DNA from: Nostoc sp.
Lineage (GTDB): Bacteria; Cyanobacteriota; Cyanobacteriia; Cyanobacteriales; Nostocaceae
Direction: 5' to 3'
DNA length: 64,000 bases
NCBI GenBank assembly: GCA_036918135.1
Contig: JBALDB010000007.1
Coordinates: 384,001 to 448,000 of the forward strand
The notes under the pieces were generated by a model. That model was not told the origin of the DNA, made no database searches, and worked only from the letters and a program-made list of their open reading frames with translations. Positions within the stretch are counted from its first letter, which is position 1, and the number at the start of each line of letters is the position of its first letter. Position numbers and translations under genes: made by a program. Below, piece by piece: positions 41,001 to 50,228 of this stretch.

Positions 41001-44000
41001 TTTGCAGCAAGCCATTGATGGAGTACAAGCACGCAATTATTTGATTGGGCATAAGTCTTCGGTCACAAGCGTCGTCTTCAGCCGGGATGGTAAAACCATT
41101 GCCACAGCTAGTAAAGATAAGACTGTCAAACTTTGGGATTTACAAGGCAAAGAACTGACAAAAACCCCTCTCAAGTATGATGCAGCAGTCACAAGCGTCG
41201 CCTTCAGCCCCGATAGCAAAACCATTGTCACAGTTAGTGAAGATAATACTGTTACACTTTGGAATTCACAAAGCAAAGAACTGACAAAAACCCCTCTTAA
41301 GCACGATGCAACAGTCACAAGCGTCGCCTTCAGCCCCGATAGCAAAACCATTGCCACAGTTAGTGAAGATAAGACTGTTACACTTTGGAATTTACAAAGC
41401 AAAGAACTGACAAAAACCCCTCTCAAGCACGATGCAACAGTCACAAGCGTCGTCTTCAGCCCCGATAGCAAAACCATTGCCACAGTTAGTGAAGATAAGA
41501 CTGTTACACTTTGGGATTTACAAGACAAAGAACTGACAAAAACCCCTCTCAAGCACGATGCAACAGTTACAAGCGTCGTCTTCAGCCCCGATGGCAAAAC
41601 CATTGCCACAGTTAGTAAAGGTAATACTGTCAAACTTTGGGATTTACAAAGCAAAGAACTGACAAAAACCCCTCTCAAGGACGATGCAGCAGTCACAAGC
41701 GTCGTTTTCAGCCCCGATGGTAAAACTATTATCACAGCAAGTGAAGATAATACTGTCAAACTTTGGGATTTACAGGGCAAAGAATTGACAAAATCTCTTC
41801 TCAAGCATGATGTAGCAATCACAAGCATCGTCTTCAGCCCCGATGGCGAAACTATTGCCACAGCTAGTAATGACAAAACTGTTAGACTTTGGGAGTTAAA
41901 AAATAAAAAACTGATACAACGCTCCTACAGGACTGATCATAGTAGTGTAGTCTTCAGCCCCGATCGCAGCAAACCTATTCTCATAGATACTCAAGATAAT
42001 ACTGTCAAAGGTTGGCCTTTAAAGCGCGGACAAAAGTTAAAACAGTCCTTCAAGCATCAGGCCGATATTACAACTCTGGCTTTCAGTCCCGATAGCCAAA
42101 CTATCGCTACAGGTACTGATGATAATACCGTCATCCTTTGGGATTTAGATGGCAATCAATTGCAAACCTTCAAAGGACATGAGGGTGATATCACAAGTCT
42201 AGCCTTCAGCCCCGACGGCGAAATCCTCGCCTCTGCTAGTAAAGATAATAACGTCATCCTCTGGAATTTAGGAGGAAAACTCCTGCAAACATTTACAGGA
42301 CATCAAGCTGCTGTCACAAGCGTTACCTTTAGTCCTGACGGTAAAAACATTGCCTCTGCTAGTAAAGACAATACTGTTCAACTTTGGGATCTAGGGGGCA
42401 AAATGCTGCAAACTTTCAGGGAACATAACTATACAGTTAACAGCGTGGCTTTTAGCCCTGATAGTAACACCCTTGCCTCTGCTAGTGAAGATAAAACCGT
42501 TAAACTTTGGGATTTAAAAGCTAATTTCCTGCCAATCTGGAATCAATATTCAGCAAGGGTTACAATTCCAGGAGAACGGGCAGCGTTCACAAGTGTAGTT
42601 TTTCCTGCCAATGTCGGTTCTAACAGCCGCAGATGTCAGCTCCTCGCTGCTGGTAGTGAAGACAATATTACTCAACTTTGGGATTTAAGGGAAAATAAGC
42701 CGCACATTTGGGATTTAGGGCAAAATAAGCCGCAAACCTTCACAGGGCATAAATATGCAGTTACAAGTGTGGCTATAAGTCCAGATTGTCAAACTCTAGC
42801 ATCTGCAAGCGTTGATAATACCATCATCCTTTGGAATTTAAGTACTAAAAAACAGCAAGTTTTCAGAGGACATCAGGCTGCTGTCACCAGCGTCGCCTTC
42901 AGCCACGACGGCAAAACTCTAGCCTCTGGTAGTGACGACAAAACCATCATCCTTTGGGATTTAAAAGGGAATAAACAGCAAGTCTTCAGAGGACATCAAG
43001 CTGCTGTCACCAGCGTCGCCTTCAGTCCCGACGGTTATAGCCTAGCCTCTGGAAGTCTTGATAATAGTGTTATCGTCTGGAATTTCAAGGGCAAAAAACT
43101 GCAAACCTTCACAGGACACCAGGCTGCTGTCACCAGCGTCGCCTTCAGTCCCGATGGCAAAACCTTGGCTTCTGGGAGTGACGACCATACCATCAAACTC
43201 TGGGATCTAAAAGGTAAGCACATCCTCGAAGAACATCGGGATACTATAAATAGAGTCGCCTTCAGTCCTAATGGCGAAACTCTCGCTTCTGCAAGTGAAG
43301 ACAATAGTATCAAACTCTGGGATTTAAAGGGTCATCTCCTCAAAACGCTCAAAAACCATCTTTCAGGGAATGAAGCTCCGGTTACAGATATAGTTTTTAG
43401 CCACGATGGTAAAAATCTGGTTTCTGTAAGCGAAGATGGTACTATCAAACTCTGGAATTTAGATCGTCTCGATCCTGTCCTCATAACCTTTCCAAAAGAT
43501 ACAGTTTTAAGCCCTGATAAGCAAACTTTGGCTTTTGTGAGTGCAGACAAAACTATCAAAATCTGGAATTTAAAAGGTCATCTGCTCACAACCCTCAAAC
43601 AGCATAACGAAGAGATTACACATATAGTTTTAAGCCCTGATAAGCAAACTTTGGCTTTTGTGAGTGCAGACAAAACTATCAAAATTTGGGATTTAAAAGG
43701 TCATCTCCTCACAACTCTCAAACAGCAGAAGCAAAAGATTACAGATATAGTTTTTAGCTCCGATAGTAAAAATTTGGTTTCTGTGAGTGCAGATGATAGC
43801 GTCATCCTGTGGGATTTAAAAGGCAAGGAACTCAAGGCTTTCAACGGGCATAACAATAAGGTTAAAAATATAGTTCTTAGTCCTGATGGAAAAACTTTTG
43901 CCTCTGTGAGTAAAGATAATACTATCAAACTCTGGGGTTTAGAAAGTAATCTCTTCGCAACCTTCAAAGGGCATAAGGCAGAGGTTCTATTTATAATTTT

Positions 44001-44445
44001 TACCGACGATGGTAAAAATCTGCTTTCTGTGAGTGCAGACTATACAGCAATCCTGTGGGATTTAAAGGGCAATCAATTATACACCTTCAAAGCAAATGGA
44101 GATGATGGGACAGATTTAGTTTTTAGTCCCGATGGCAAAACTTTTGCCTTAGCCAGTGAAGACAAGACTATCAAACTCTGGGATTTGCAGGGTCATCTAG
44201 TCAGAACTTTAATAGGACATGAGGCTGGGGTTAAAAGTATAGCTTTTAGTCCTAACGGGTACACTCTCGCGTCTGGTAGCGCAGATAATAAGGTCATTTT
44301 ATGGGATATCAATCACTTAAGTATGGATGCACTTTTAGATAGTCTGATGGTAAGTGCTTGCAATTCGGTTAGGGATTATCTCCATAATAACCAACAGGTA
44401 CAAGAGAGCGATAGAGGTCTGTGCGATGGTATTGGTACTAATTAA
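38098..44445 (+). CDS. CHAT (caspase-like) domain - nSTAND1 NTPase - TM - WD40 repeat protein, 2115 aa
   Basis: LRWERL, LLHFVSH, FLSTCES; CPFLGLYPF, GASGSGKSS, LVIDQFEELF, PLLQHALLELW, EVAHEALIRYW; more than 20 WD40 repeats. Confidence 0.92.
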   Translation: MNTFEINIQRKSGSNWPIVVEHSRPGELLSSRSEGILKLSLEDFEQLTSKLRQPKDYGIFLGQALFREEIRDAFVSALRNSQETLRVLLFIEAEDKELRTLRWERLCGNIDDGWHLLSLEQRTPFSLYIPAITDRRFPPIGRRDLRALILVANPSETERFKLDSFDVEAAVQSVRQSLGVIPSDVLATVEGAIGLPTLDELCLRLTDRTKQYTLLHFVSHSRVIDGGETVLYWAKADNKVDPVTGTRLIERLRTLRGTKGLPHFTFLSTCESASPEAEAALGGLGQRLVRDLGMPAVIAMTEKVTVKTALALCGKFYEQLNKSGEVDLALQEAAASLAERQDITVPALFSRLGGRPLFSDQLDRDLTNTEIEYGLKRLQVFVAERSPILQSKLEPPAGKLTNLLNTDFKGMSKQAQQERKQALEDVNNLSQAVLDLSFNAVALDREPPIYDARCPFLGLYPFRVENRKFFFGRERLITQLQQKLAKDNFLAIFGASGSGKSSVVLAGLIPALIEKQPDLMMAYMTPSSNPIEQLQASFLEVQNHSSILVIDQFEELFTLCTDEDRRTLFIEKLLFIIQQQKVVITMRADFWGECASYPQLKELMQSRQELIGPMDSAELRKAMEMQAAQVGLRFEAGLSNSILDDVQGEPGAMPLLQHALLELWKRRHGRWLRTVEYEAIGGVNMAIAQTADAFYDSCTPEEQEQVKNIFVRLTRLDDSAQEGQKRRDTRRRVWLDELIPTFSAQTLIKQLLKRLAGEGARLVVTSVDSATQREEVEVAHEALIRYWPRLLNWLDENRSLLLLREKIRQEALEWDNNKKDESYLVRQGGRLEAARELLQKSNFLNILEANYLQVCVELCDRQKQEQETRRRREIRTKRTIFGGAVVVLITTALGVIAFTKGLEAELTKADSLRQSSLLFSKSHKNLQALTDGIKSANILKNSKFWTTISGVIIKNKNQVDSQSKVIAALQQAIDGVQARNYLIGHKSSVTSVVFSRDGKTIATASKDKTVKLWDLQGKELTKTPLKYDAAVTSVAFSPDSKTIVTVSEDNTVTLWNSQSKELTKTPLKHDATVTSVAFSPDSKTIATVSEDKTVTLWNLQSKELTKTPLKHDATVTSVVFSPDSKTIATVSEDKTVTLWDLQDKELTKTPLKHDATVTSVVFSPDGKTIATVSKGNTVKLWDLQSKELTKTPLKDDAAVTSVVFSPDGKTIITASEDNTVKLWDLQGKELTKSLLKHDVAITSIVFSPDGETIATASNDKTVRLWELKNKKLIQRSYRTDHSSVVFSPDRSKPILIDTQDNTVKGWPLKRGQKLKQSFKHQADITTLAFSPDSQTIATGTDDNTVILWDLDGNQLQTFKGHEGDITSLAFSPDGEILASASKDNNVILWNLGGKLLQTFTGHQAAVTSVTFSPDGKNIASASKDNTVQLWDLGGKMLQTFREHNYTVNSVAFSPDSNTLASASEDKTVKLWDLKANFLPIWNQYSARVTIPGERAAFTSVVFPANVGSNSRRCQLLAAGSEDNITQLWDLRENKPHIWDLGQNKPQTFTGHKYAVTSVAISPDCQTLASASVDNTIILWNLSTKKQQVFRGHQAAVTSVAFSHDGKTLASGSDDKTIILWDLKGNKQQVFRGHQAAVTSVAFSPDGYSLASGSLDNSVIVWNFKGKKLQTFTGHQAAVTSVAFSPDGKTLASGSDDHTIKLWDLKGKHILEEHRDTINRVAFSPNGETLASASEDNSIKLWDLKGHLLKTLKNHLSGNEAPVTDIVFSHDGKNLVSVSEDGTIKLWNLDRLDPVLITFPKDTVLSPDKQTLAFVSADKTIKIWNLKGHLLTTLKQHNEEITHIVLSPDKQTLAFVSADKTIKIWDLKGHLLTTLKQQKQKITDIVFSSDSKNLVSVSADDSVILWDLKGKELKAFNGHNNKVKNIVLSPDGKTFASVSKDNTIKLWGLESNLFATFKGHKAEVLFIIFTDDGKNLLSVSADYTAILWDLKGNQLYTFKANGDDGTDLVFSPDGKTFALASEDKTIKLWDLQGHLVRTLIGHEAGVKSIAFSPNGYTLASGSADNKVILWDINHLSMDALLDSLMVSACNSVRDYLHNNQQVQESDRGLCDGIGTN
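41050..41893 (+). repeat. Near-identical 126-bp WD40-coding tandem repeats
   Basis: CTGACAAAAACCCCTCT at 41155, 41281, 41407, 41533, 41659, with a variant at 41785. Confidence 0.95.
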
Positions 44446-44827
44446 TCTTTTGGGCTTAGTTTCAGGCTTTGATTTATTCCCTTAATAATAAATACATACC
44501 CGCTGTAGGGGTTTAGCAATATTACATATTGCTAAATATGTATATTATTATACACAGATATTAAGTGTTGTCCGTTAATGCGTAAGTCCTAGTATCTCGT
44601 ATTTCGGCTCAATACCAACTTTACCCGATAGAATGAATCCATTGGATGAAGCATAAATACTCTAACTGATGGTAATCTAATATTGTTGAATTAAATTAAA
44701 TAATAACTTTAGTTTTCCAGACTTTTGTTTTTCAGACAATAGAAACTAAGTCATTAGCAATTAAGACTTGATTATAGTTTAAGTAAGTTGTAGAAAAAAT
44801 AGTTAACTTTTTTACAGGAGAAGTAGG

Positions 44828-45532
44828 GTGCTTAACAACTTTTATCGGTTCTTATCCCCCGTTCAGTGGGGAATTTCCCTTACGGGCTTAGGCTTACTTC
44901 TCGCTTTGGGCTTTATTGGCAAGCAGACCGAAGTCTCATTCACAAATGCTCCATTATCATCGGCTCACATTCATAAAAGCTCTGAAACTTCTCTTTTGGC
45001 AAGACTCAGACAAATTCGAGAGCAGAGAAATCAACTACAAACAGCTTCTGCGAATAGAGAGTTTGGGCATAACACAAAAACAGCATCTACAACCACAGCG
45101 CTGGTTCCAGATGCTCAAGCGGCTACAAAAGGCATAGAAGTTTTACCAAGAGCGAATTTTCCCACAAAAGATGGGATTTATCTTTATGGTCAATCGCCAA
45201 AAGCAGACCAACTTGGTCAAGCTTACATCATATTTCAGAAGCAGCGGGACAGAGTGACTGGTGCTTTGTATATGCCTCAATCTGAGTTTAATTGTTTTCA
45301 GGGTACACTCGACCAGTCGGGAGAGTTGGCAATGACGGTTAGTGGTTCATCGAATGAAACCAGTTCTGATGAGTCCGATCGAGTGGCTGCAAGTAATAGA
45401 CTGCCTAAGGTCGGTGAAGATGAGCTAGAGACTTATGCTTACTCGGTAGCTTTGCAAGATTTTCATCGGTTAAATTCTATCAGTGCTAGCGATCGCCGCA
45501 TATTACAAATGTGCAAATCATCTTTTAGTTAA
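44828..45532 (+). CDS. Conserved cyanobacterial hypothetical protein with N-terminal TM segment
   Basis: DGIYLYGQSP...GALYMPQSEFNCFQG; AGGAG RBS. Confidence 0.75.
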   Translation: MLNNFYRFLSPVQWGISLTGLGLLLALGFIGKQTEVSFTNAPLSSAHIHKSSETSLLARLRQIREQRNQLQTASANREFGHNTKTASTTTALVPDAQAATKGIEVLPRANFPTKDGIYLYGQSPKADQLGQAYIIFQKQRDRVTGALYMPQSEFNCFQGTLDQSGELAMTVSGSSNETSSDESDRVAASNRLPKVGEDELETYAYSVALQDFHRLNSISASDRRILQMCKSSFS

Positions 45533-46206
45533 TACTCAATTCCTGGTTGTGCTTTCACACCTTGATCGCGGAAAGGATGCTTAACTAGAGTCATCTCTGT
45601 GACTAAATCAGCATGTTCGATTAATGCAGCTGGTGCGCCTCGACCTGTGAGAATAACATGTTTATTAGCTGGTTTTTCTGCCAAACCTGCTAAAACTTCT
45701 TCTACTTGTAAATAAGCCATTTTGAGAGCGATATTGATTTCATCTAATAGCACTAAATGAAAGTCTGGGTTGCGGATGTATTCTAATGATTTTTGCCATG
45801 CAGCGCTAGCTTTGTCGAGGTCGCGATCGCGGTCTTGAGTCTCCCACGTAAAGCCTTCGCCCATTGCATGAAATTCTATCTGGTCTTCCCAGTAACTAAA
45901 AACTCTTTTTTCCGAAGGTTCCCAGCTACCTTTGATAAATTGGACGATCGCTACTTTATACCCGTGACCGAGCGATCGTAACACCATCCCCAAAGCCGCA
46001 GTAGTTTTACCCTTACCATTACCAGTATTTACAATAATTAACCCTTTTTCTGGTAAAGCTTGTGCTATTCGCTTCTCCTGCACTTCTTTGCGTCGCTGCA
46101 TCTTTTTGCGATACTGTTCATCAGTCAGAGATGAGGACATAACTTCATCAATCAAGCGCTCAATCTCTCGATCTTGGTTCAATTCTTGTGGTGTGTTGTT
46201 TTTCAT
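45529..46206 (-). CDS. cobO: Cob(I)yrinic acid a,c-diamide adenosyltransferase
   Basis: TGNGKGKTTAALG, QFIKG, LDEIN, ILTGR, KHPF, AQPGIEY. Confidence 0.96.
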   Translation of the reverse strand: MKNNTPQELNQDREIERLIDEVMSSSLTDEQYRKKMQRRKEVQEKRIAQALPEKGLIIVNTGNGKGKTTAALGMVLRSLGHGYKVAIVQFIKGSWEPSEKRVFSYWEDQIEFHAMGEGFTWETQDRDRDLDKASAAWQKSLEYIRNPDFHLVLLDEINIALKMAYLQVEEVLAGLAEKPANKHVILTGRGAPAALIEHADLVTEMTLVKHPFRDQGVKAQPGIEY

Positions 46207-46697
46207 TAACCTTGTGTACAAATAACTGTTAAAACTTTCGAGAATCAGGTGAAACTATCTTGCTTGTCTAATTTTACTAAATCAGATAATTGGATATATT
46301 TAGTAAGATTTCACGCCAAATATTGCTCTGTGTGAGATTTTTTTACATGTTCTGGCAAACAAGTATACAAAAATATATAATATACAAATTTAAGTTATAA
46401 TTTAAGTTCAATATTATTATTTTTAATAATTTAATTACGTTGCTTAAAGCAGTTTATTCAATAAATTTTGTCTGTAACTTTGACAGGTCAGTTGGGTAGG
46501 ATAAAGACAAGCGGGATTCCGATTTGATTTTTGAACAAAATTAGGTAGTGTAGGGTGCGTTAGGATGAAATCTGTAACGCACGGTTGTTTGAGATTTTGT
46601 AGCGTACTAAATATTACAGCATGAGTTTCAATACCGTAAACTTAATGAAATGTAAATAATATTTTCACCTTTTATTTGACAATCTCATAAATTTAAT

Positions 46698-47234
46698 ATG
46701 AATAGTAACACTCGTTTACAAATGATTTTAGCTGATACACCTATTAATAAAGTATTACCTGCGATCGCTCAATTAAATTTACCTAACTGGTGGTTAGCCG
46801 GGGGTGCAGTCAGAAACACAGTTTGGCGTTCAATTTTTGGTGATAATTGTGGGTTAGGTATTAAAGATTTTGACATTGCGTTTTTTGATATTCAAGAAAA
46901 CCGTTCCCAGGAACTAGCAGCAAAAGCAAGCCTTACAGAAAAATTTCCTCATGACCAATTTGATGTCAAAAACCAAGCCAGTTTTGCTCGTTGGCGGCTT
47001 GGGGCAAGACCGTATACTAGTACAGAGGATGGCATCGCAGATTGGTTGCACACTGCTACTGCTGTAGGAGTTCGATTAGATGCACAAGGCCAATGGCAAT
47101 TTTTCACTCCCTATGGTTTGGATGACCTATTCGATGGGATTATTCGACCGACACCAGCCCATACTCATAATGTTGATGCCCACAATAAAGCGTCTGGATT
47201 TTTACAAAAGTGTCCTTATTTGCAGTTAGCCTAA
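46698..47234 (+). CDS. Nucleotidyltransferase-family protein (DUF925-like)
   Basis: WLAGGAVRNTVW, KDFDIAFFD, DVKNQA, PYGLDDLF. Confidence 0.85.
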   Translation: MNSNTRLQMILADTPINKVLPAIAQLNLPNWWLAGGAVRNTVWRSIFGDNCGLGIKDFDIAFFDIQENRSQELAAKASLTEKFPHDQFDVKNQASFARWRLGARPYTSTEDGIADWLHTATAVGVRLDAQGQWQFFTPYGLDDLFDGIIRPTPAHTHNVDAHNKASGFLQKCPYLQLA

Positions 47235-47413
47235 TTGTGTGCAGACATAGTGAGCGCAATTAATATGTAAAATTTTAATCATTGCCAACAACCGAATACG
47301 TTCAGCAGTAGCATGAATAAGGCATCTGGAACGATACCACAATCTTTTAATACCTTTGACCGCAAACCAATAAACTACAGCCTATAAGCAAGATTGTCAG
47401 TCTCAGTAAAAGC

Positions 47414-47448
47414 TTGACAAATTAATACTTTTTTAGTACATTTATACT
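47414..47448 (+). promoter_or_regulatory. Sigma70-type promoter overlapped by a LexA-box-like palindrome
   Basis: TTGACA-17 nt-TACATT; AGTACATTTATACT at 47435-47448. Confidence 0.4.
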
Positions 47449-47637
47449 ATAAAAAATTTTCATGTTGGATAAAACTTTAATACTCCCCGACTACGCCAAC
47501 AGGAGAGCATAAAATAAATGAGACTATCTCGGTAAATTCTAGCTATTTGAGCAAATTTTAACAATAGCAAGCGAACATAGGTCAGCAGTGTTTTGTTCAG
47601 CGAAAATAGAAAAAGCCCACATAATATTGACGCAATT

Positions 47638-48126
47638 ATGACAACTACACTTGCCTCTCGTATTAAACCAAGAGCTGAAGATAGTTTTGCCATTAGGTTT
47701 GCACCATTGTCTTTGGAAGAGATATACTCCAAGTCTGACGATCCAGCTAATGGTGCCGTAGTTGTGATGAGTGGAATGGTTCGCAATCAAACCGATGGTA
47801 AACCTGTGGTTGCTCTAGAGTATCAAGCTTACGAACCGATGGCATTGCAGATATTCTATCAAATTGCTGCTGATATTCGTTTATCTGCATCTGATGTCAA
47901 TCGAGTAGCAATTCATCATCGTATTGGACGTTTAACAGTTGGTGAAATCAGCGTCTTAGTAGCAGTGGGTTGTCCTCACCGCAGTGAAGCGTTTGAAGCT
48001 TGCCGCTATGCTATTGATACTCTCAAACACAATGCACCTATATGGAAGAAAGAACACTGGCAAGATGGTTCTAGCTGCTGGGTAAGTATTGGTGCTTGCG
48101 AACAGTTAGGAGAAAATTGTTCTTAG
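47638..48126 (+). CDS. moaE: Molybdopterin synthase catalytic subunit
   Basis: GAVVVMSGMVR, LEYQAYEPMA, HRIGRL, HRSEAF, LKHNAPIWKKE. Confidence 0.95.
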   Translation: MTTTLASRIKPRAEDSFAIRFAPLSLEEIYSKSDDPANGAVVVMSGMVRNQTDGKPVVALEYQAYEPMALQIFYQIAADIRLSASDVNRVAIHHRIGRLTVGEISVLVAVGCPHRSEAFEACRYAIDTLKHNAPIWKKEHWQDGSSCWVSIGACEQLGENCS

Positions 48127-48306
48127 ATAATTAGGCATGGGGCATTGGAAGTGCCCAGTAGTGAGTCACTGTTTGCCCTTAGGAGAACCTCAGATGTCTT
48201 GGACAACCCCCAAAGCATCTACAACCTAAGCCGCCTAGTCGTGACTTCTGGCACTCGTTAGCAGTTAAAAATTATTGTCTCCTCTGCCCCTTTTGTTTGA
48301 AGTCGG

Positions 48307-49149
48307 TTACTTACAATAATCTTTAGCAGTTTGAGTGGAATGAACGCTCACTTGTGACCATTCTTTAACCACAAATTCGCTTAAACCAACATGAGGCGAT
48401 CGCTTGGCGTCGAGTGTTTGCCAATCACTTTGATTTCCCCAATCGTAAGTATATCCCAGTTGTGTCCAGGGATAATGAACAACTGTGGCTGAGCCATTAG
48501 TTGGTGAACCGTAGCGGCTTTTTAATTGCTGGGTAAACCAATCTTGATAGCTGCTTGAAATCGACTCAAAGGCGTTTGCTAAAGGAAATTCCAGTTCTGC
48601 CTCACTGTCAGTAATGTTAGGATCTTTAGTGGGACGAAAAAGCGATCGCGGCTCTACCCAAAGTTCAACAATATATCTGTTCGTAGTTCCGGAATCCGGA
48701 GGTAAACCCAAAACTTGGTTGAGCCGATATTCTAGAGATGTTTGACTCGTTGGACGATAGGTTTTGCAGAATTTTTGTAAGTCTGGAGCAGCCGTAACCC
48801 ATAAATCCCGGCTTAAAAGCATCAATTTACCCACATTATCTGCATAGCCACGAAAGCTTGTCCAGGCTACTACTAAAACACGGCTCTTGTCCCATTTGAG
48901 ATCGGAGTTATACCAGACAATCGGAGTTAGATTTCGATAGATTTTACGAGGTTCTGGGATTTTTGCATCTTCTACCGCATCCAAATACGCTTGTGGTAAG
49001 GGTGGTTGATTAGAAGCTTTTCCTGTGGTTGATTGTGCAACAGATACACAATCAACAAAAGCTGCGGTAAGGCTGACAATAATAGCAGCATAAGGGAAAA
49101 ATCGTTTCTTAGGGCGGTCGCCAGCCCGAACAACATTCATTAATAGCAT
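48307..49149 (-). CDS. Hypothetical exported protein
   Basis: Signal-like N-terminus; LGLPP, LFRP, YPWTQLGYTYDWG, GLSEFVV motifs. Confidence 0.75.
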   Translation of the reverse strand: MLLMNVVRAGDRPKKRFFPYAAIIVSLTAAFVDCVSVAQSTTGKASNQPPLPQAYLDAVEDAKIPEPRKIYRNLTPIVWYNSDLKWDKSRVLVVAWTSFRGYADNVGKLMLLSRDLWVTAAPDLQKFCKTYRPTSQTSLEYRLNQVLGLPPDSGTTNRYIVELWVEPRSLFRPTKDPNITDSEAELEFPLANAFESISSSYQDWFTQQLKSRYGSPTNGSATVVHYPWTQLGYTYDWGNQSDWQTLDAKRSPHVGLSEFVVKEWSQVSVHSTQTAKDYCK

Positions 49150-49461
49150 TATTCTATTCAGTTTTGTGATTTAGCCAATATTAATTCGATAGCAGACAAC
49201 CCTCCTGTTTGGTGTCAGAAACAACATTAGGAAGATAGTTCTAGCAACTGGCTGAGTATTGTTACTTGTGAAAATAAGATTGTCAATAGTTATTTGTCCC
49301 TTGTAATCACTCAGGACAAATAATAAATAATTATTTAGATTTTTTTGTATTTGTTTACATCAACTGTTTGGTTATATTGAGGTTTGTAAATATTTTGTAT
49401 TTCTGAAAGGAATATTCCTTTAGACTGAATTTTAATATTAAAAATCTGAGGATGAACACAA

Positions 49462-49782
49462 ATGCATTCGTTAAATATATTCTCTCAGGAATTTGTAGTT
49501 GCTGTTTCTTTTGTAGCTTGCATCCTTGGACTGGCCTTACTGTGGGACAGTAAACAGCAAAAAAATGATTTGGAAGAAACAGAGCAAATTCTGTTTAGAA
49601 TGAGCTTTTCTTATTGGTTGGTTTATTGTATAGCTTTTGGCATAGAAAAAATTATTTTACCCGAATGGGAATTCGTGTTAATGACCTTGAGAATAACTAC
49701 CGCTCTGTCATATTTCTTAACTTTTTCTTGCGTCCTGAGTTTACCGCTACATAAATTTGCGGTACATCGTGTTGAGGAATAA
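49462..49782 (+). CDS. Small hypothetical membrane protein
   Basis: Three hydrophobic segments; GAGG RBS. Confidence 0.6.
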   Translation: MHSLNIFSQEFVVAVSFVACILGLALLWDSKQQKNDLEETEQILFRMSFSYWLVYCIAFGIEKIILPEWEFVLMTLRITTALSYFLTFSCVLSLPLHKFAVHRVEE

Positions 49783-49905
49783 ATATAGGATATAGGGCAT
49801 TGGGCATAGGGACTGGAGGATGAGGGAGATGGAAAGACGCAGCGACACTTTGACGCTCTGACGCGAGGACAAATGACTAATGACCAATTACTAATAACAA
49901 AATTA

Positions 49906-50223
49906 TCATTTTATAGCGATCGCTAATGCCATTTCCAATTGTTCTTGGGTCAAAGTGGTTAAAATAAACACTTCTTGCACAGTTTTACCTAGTCGGGCGA
50001 TGACTTTGTAGCCTCCGCGAATTGGTACTGACACGCGCAGTTGCATTTTTGGGCAATGACCTTTCACCCGCCCAATTACCCCTGGCGTCACAGTTTGGAT
50101 GCCATCTTGCTGACACAAACGTTCTAAAATAGGGATCAGACCAGAAAGATGGGTGGAGTGATTCCAAACTAGTCTGCCAGCTTTTTGTGATGTTCGGTCA
50201 GGATCTACGGTGGGTTTGCCCAT
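49906..50223 (-). CDS. DUF2103-family protein
   Basis: GRLVWNHSTH, TVTPGVI, TVQEVFI. Confidence 0.85.
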   Translation of the reverse strand: MGKPTVDPDRTSQKAGRLVWNHSTHLSGLIPILERLCQQDGIQTVTPGVIGRVKGHCPKMQLRVSVPIRGGYKVIARLGKTVQEVFILTTLTQEQLEMALAIAIK

Positions 50224-50228
50224 AATGA

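Noticed and set aside
41037..41876. 279-aa minus-strand ORF
   Set aside because: Antisense shadow of the WD40 repeats.
47460..47790. Two minus-strand ORFs overlapping the moaE start
   Set aside because: Overlap a confident gene and have no recognisable motifs.
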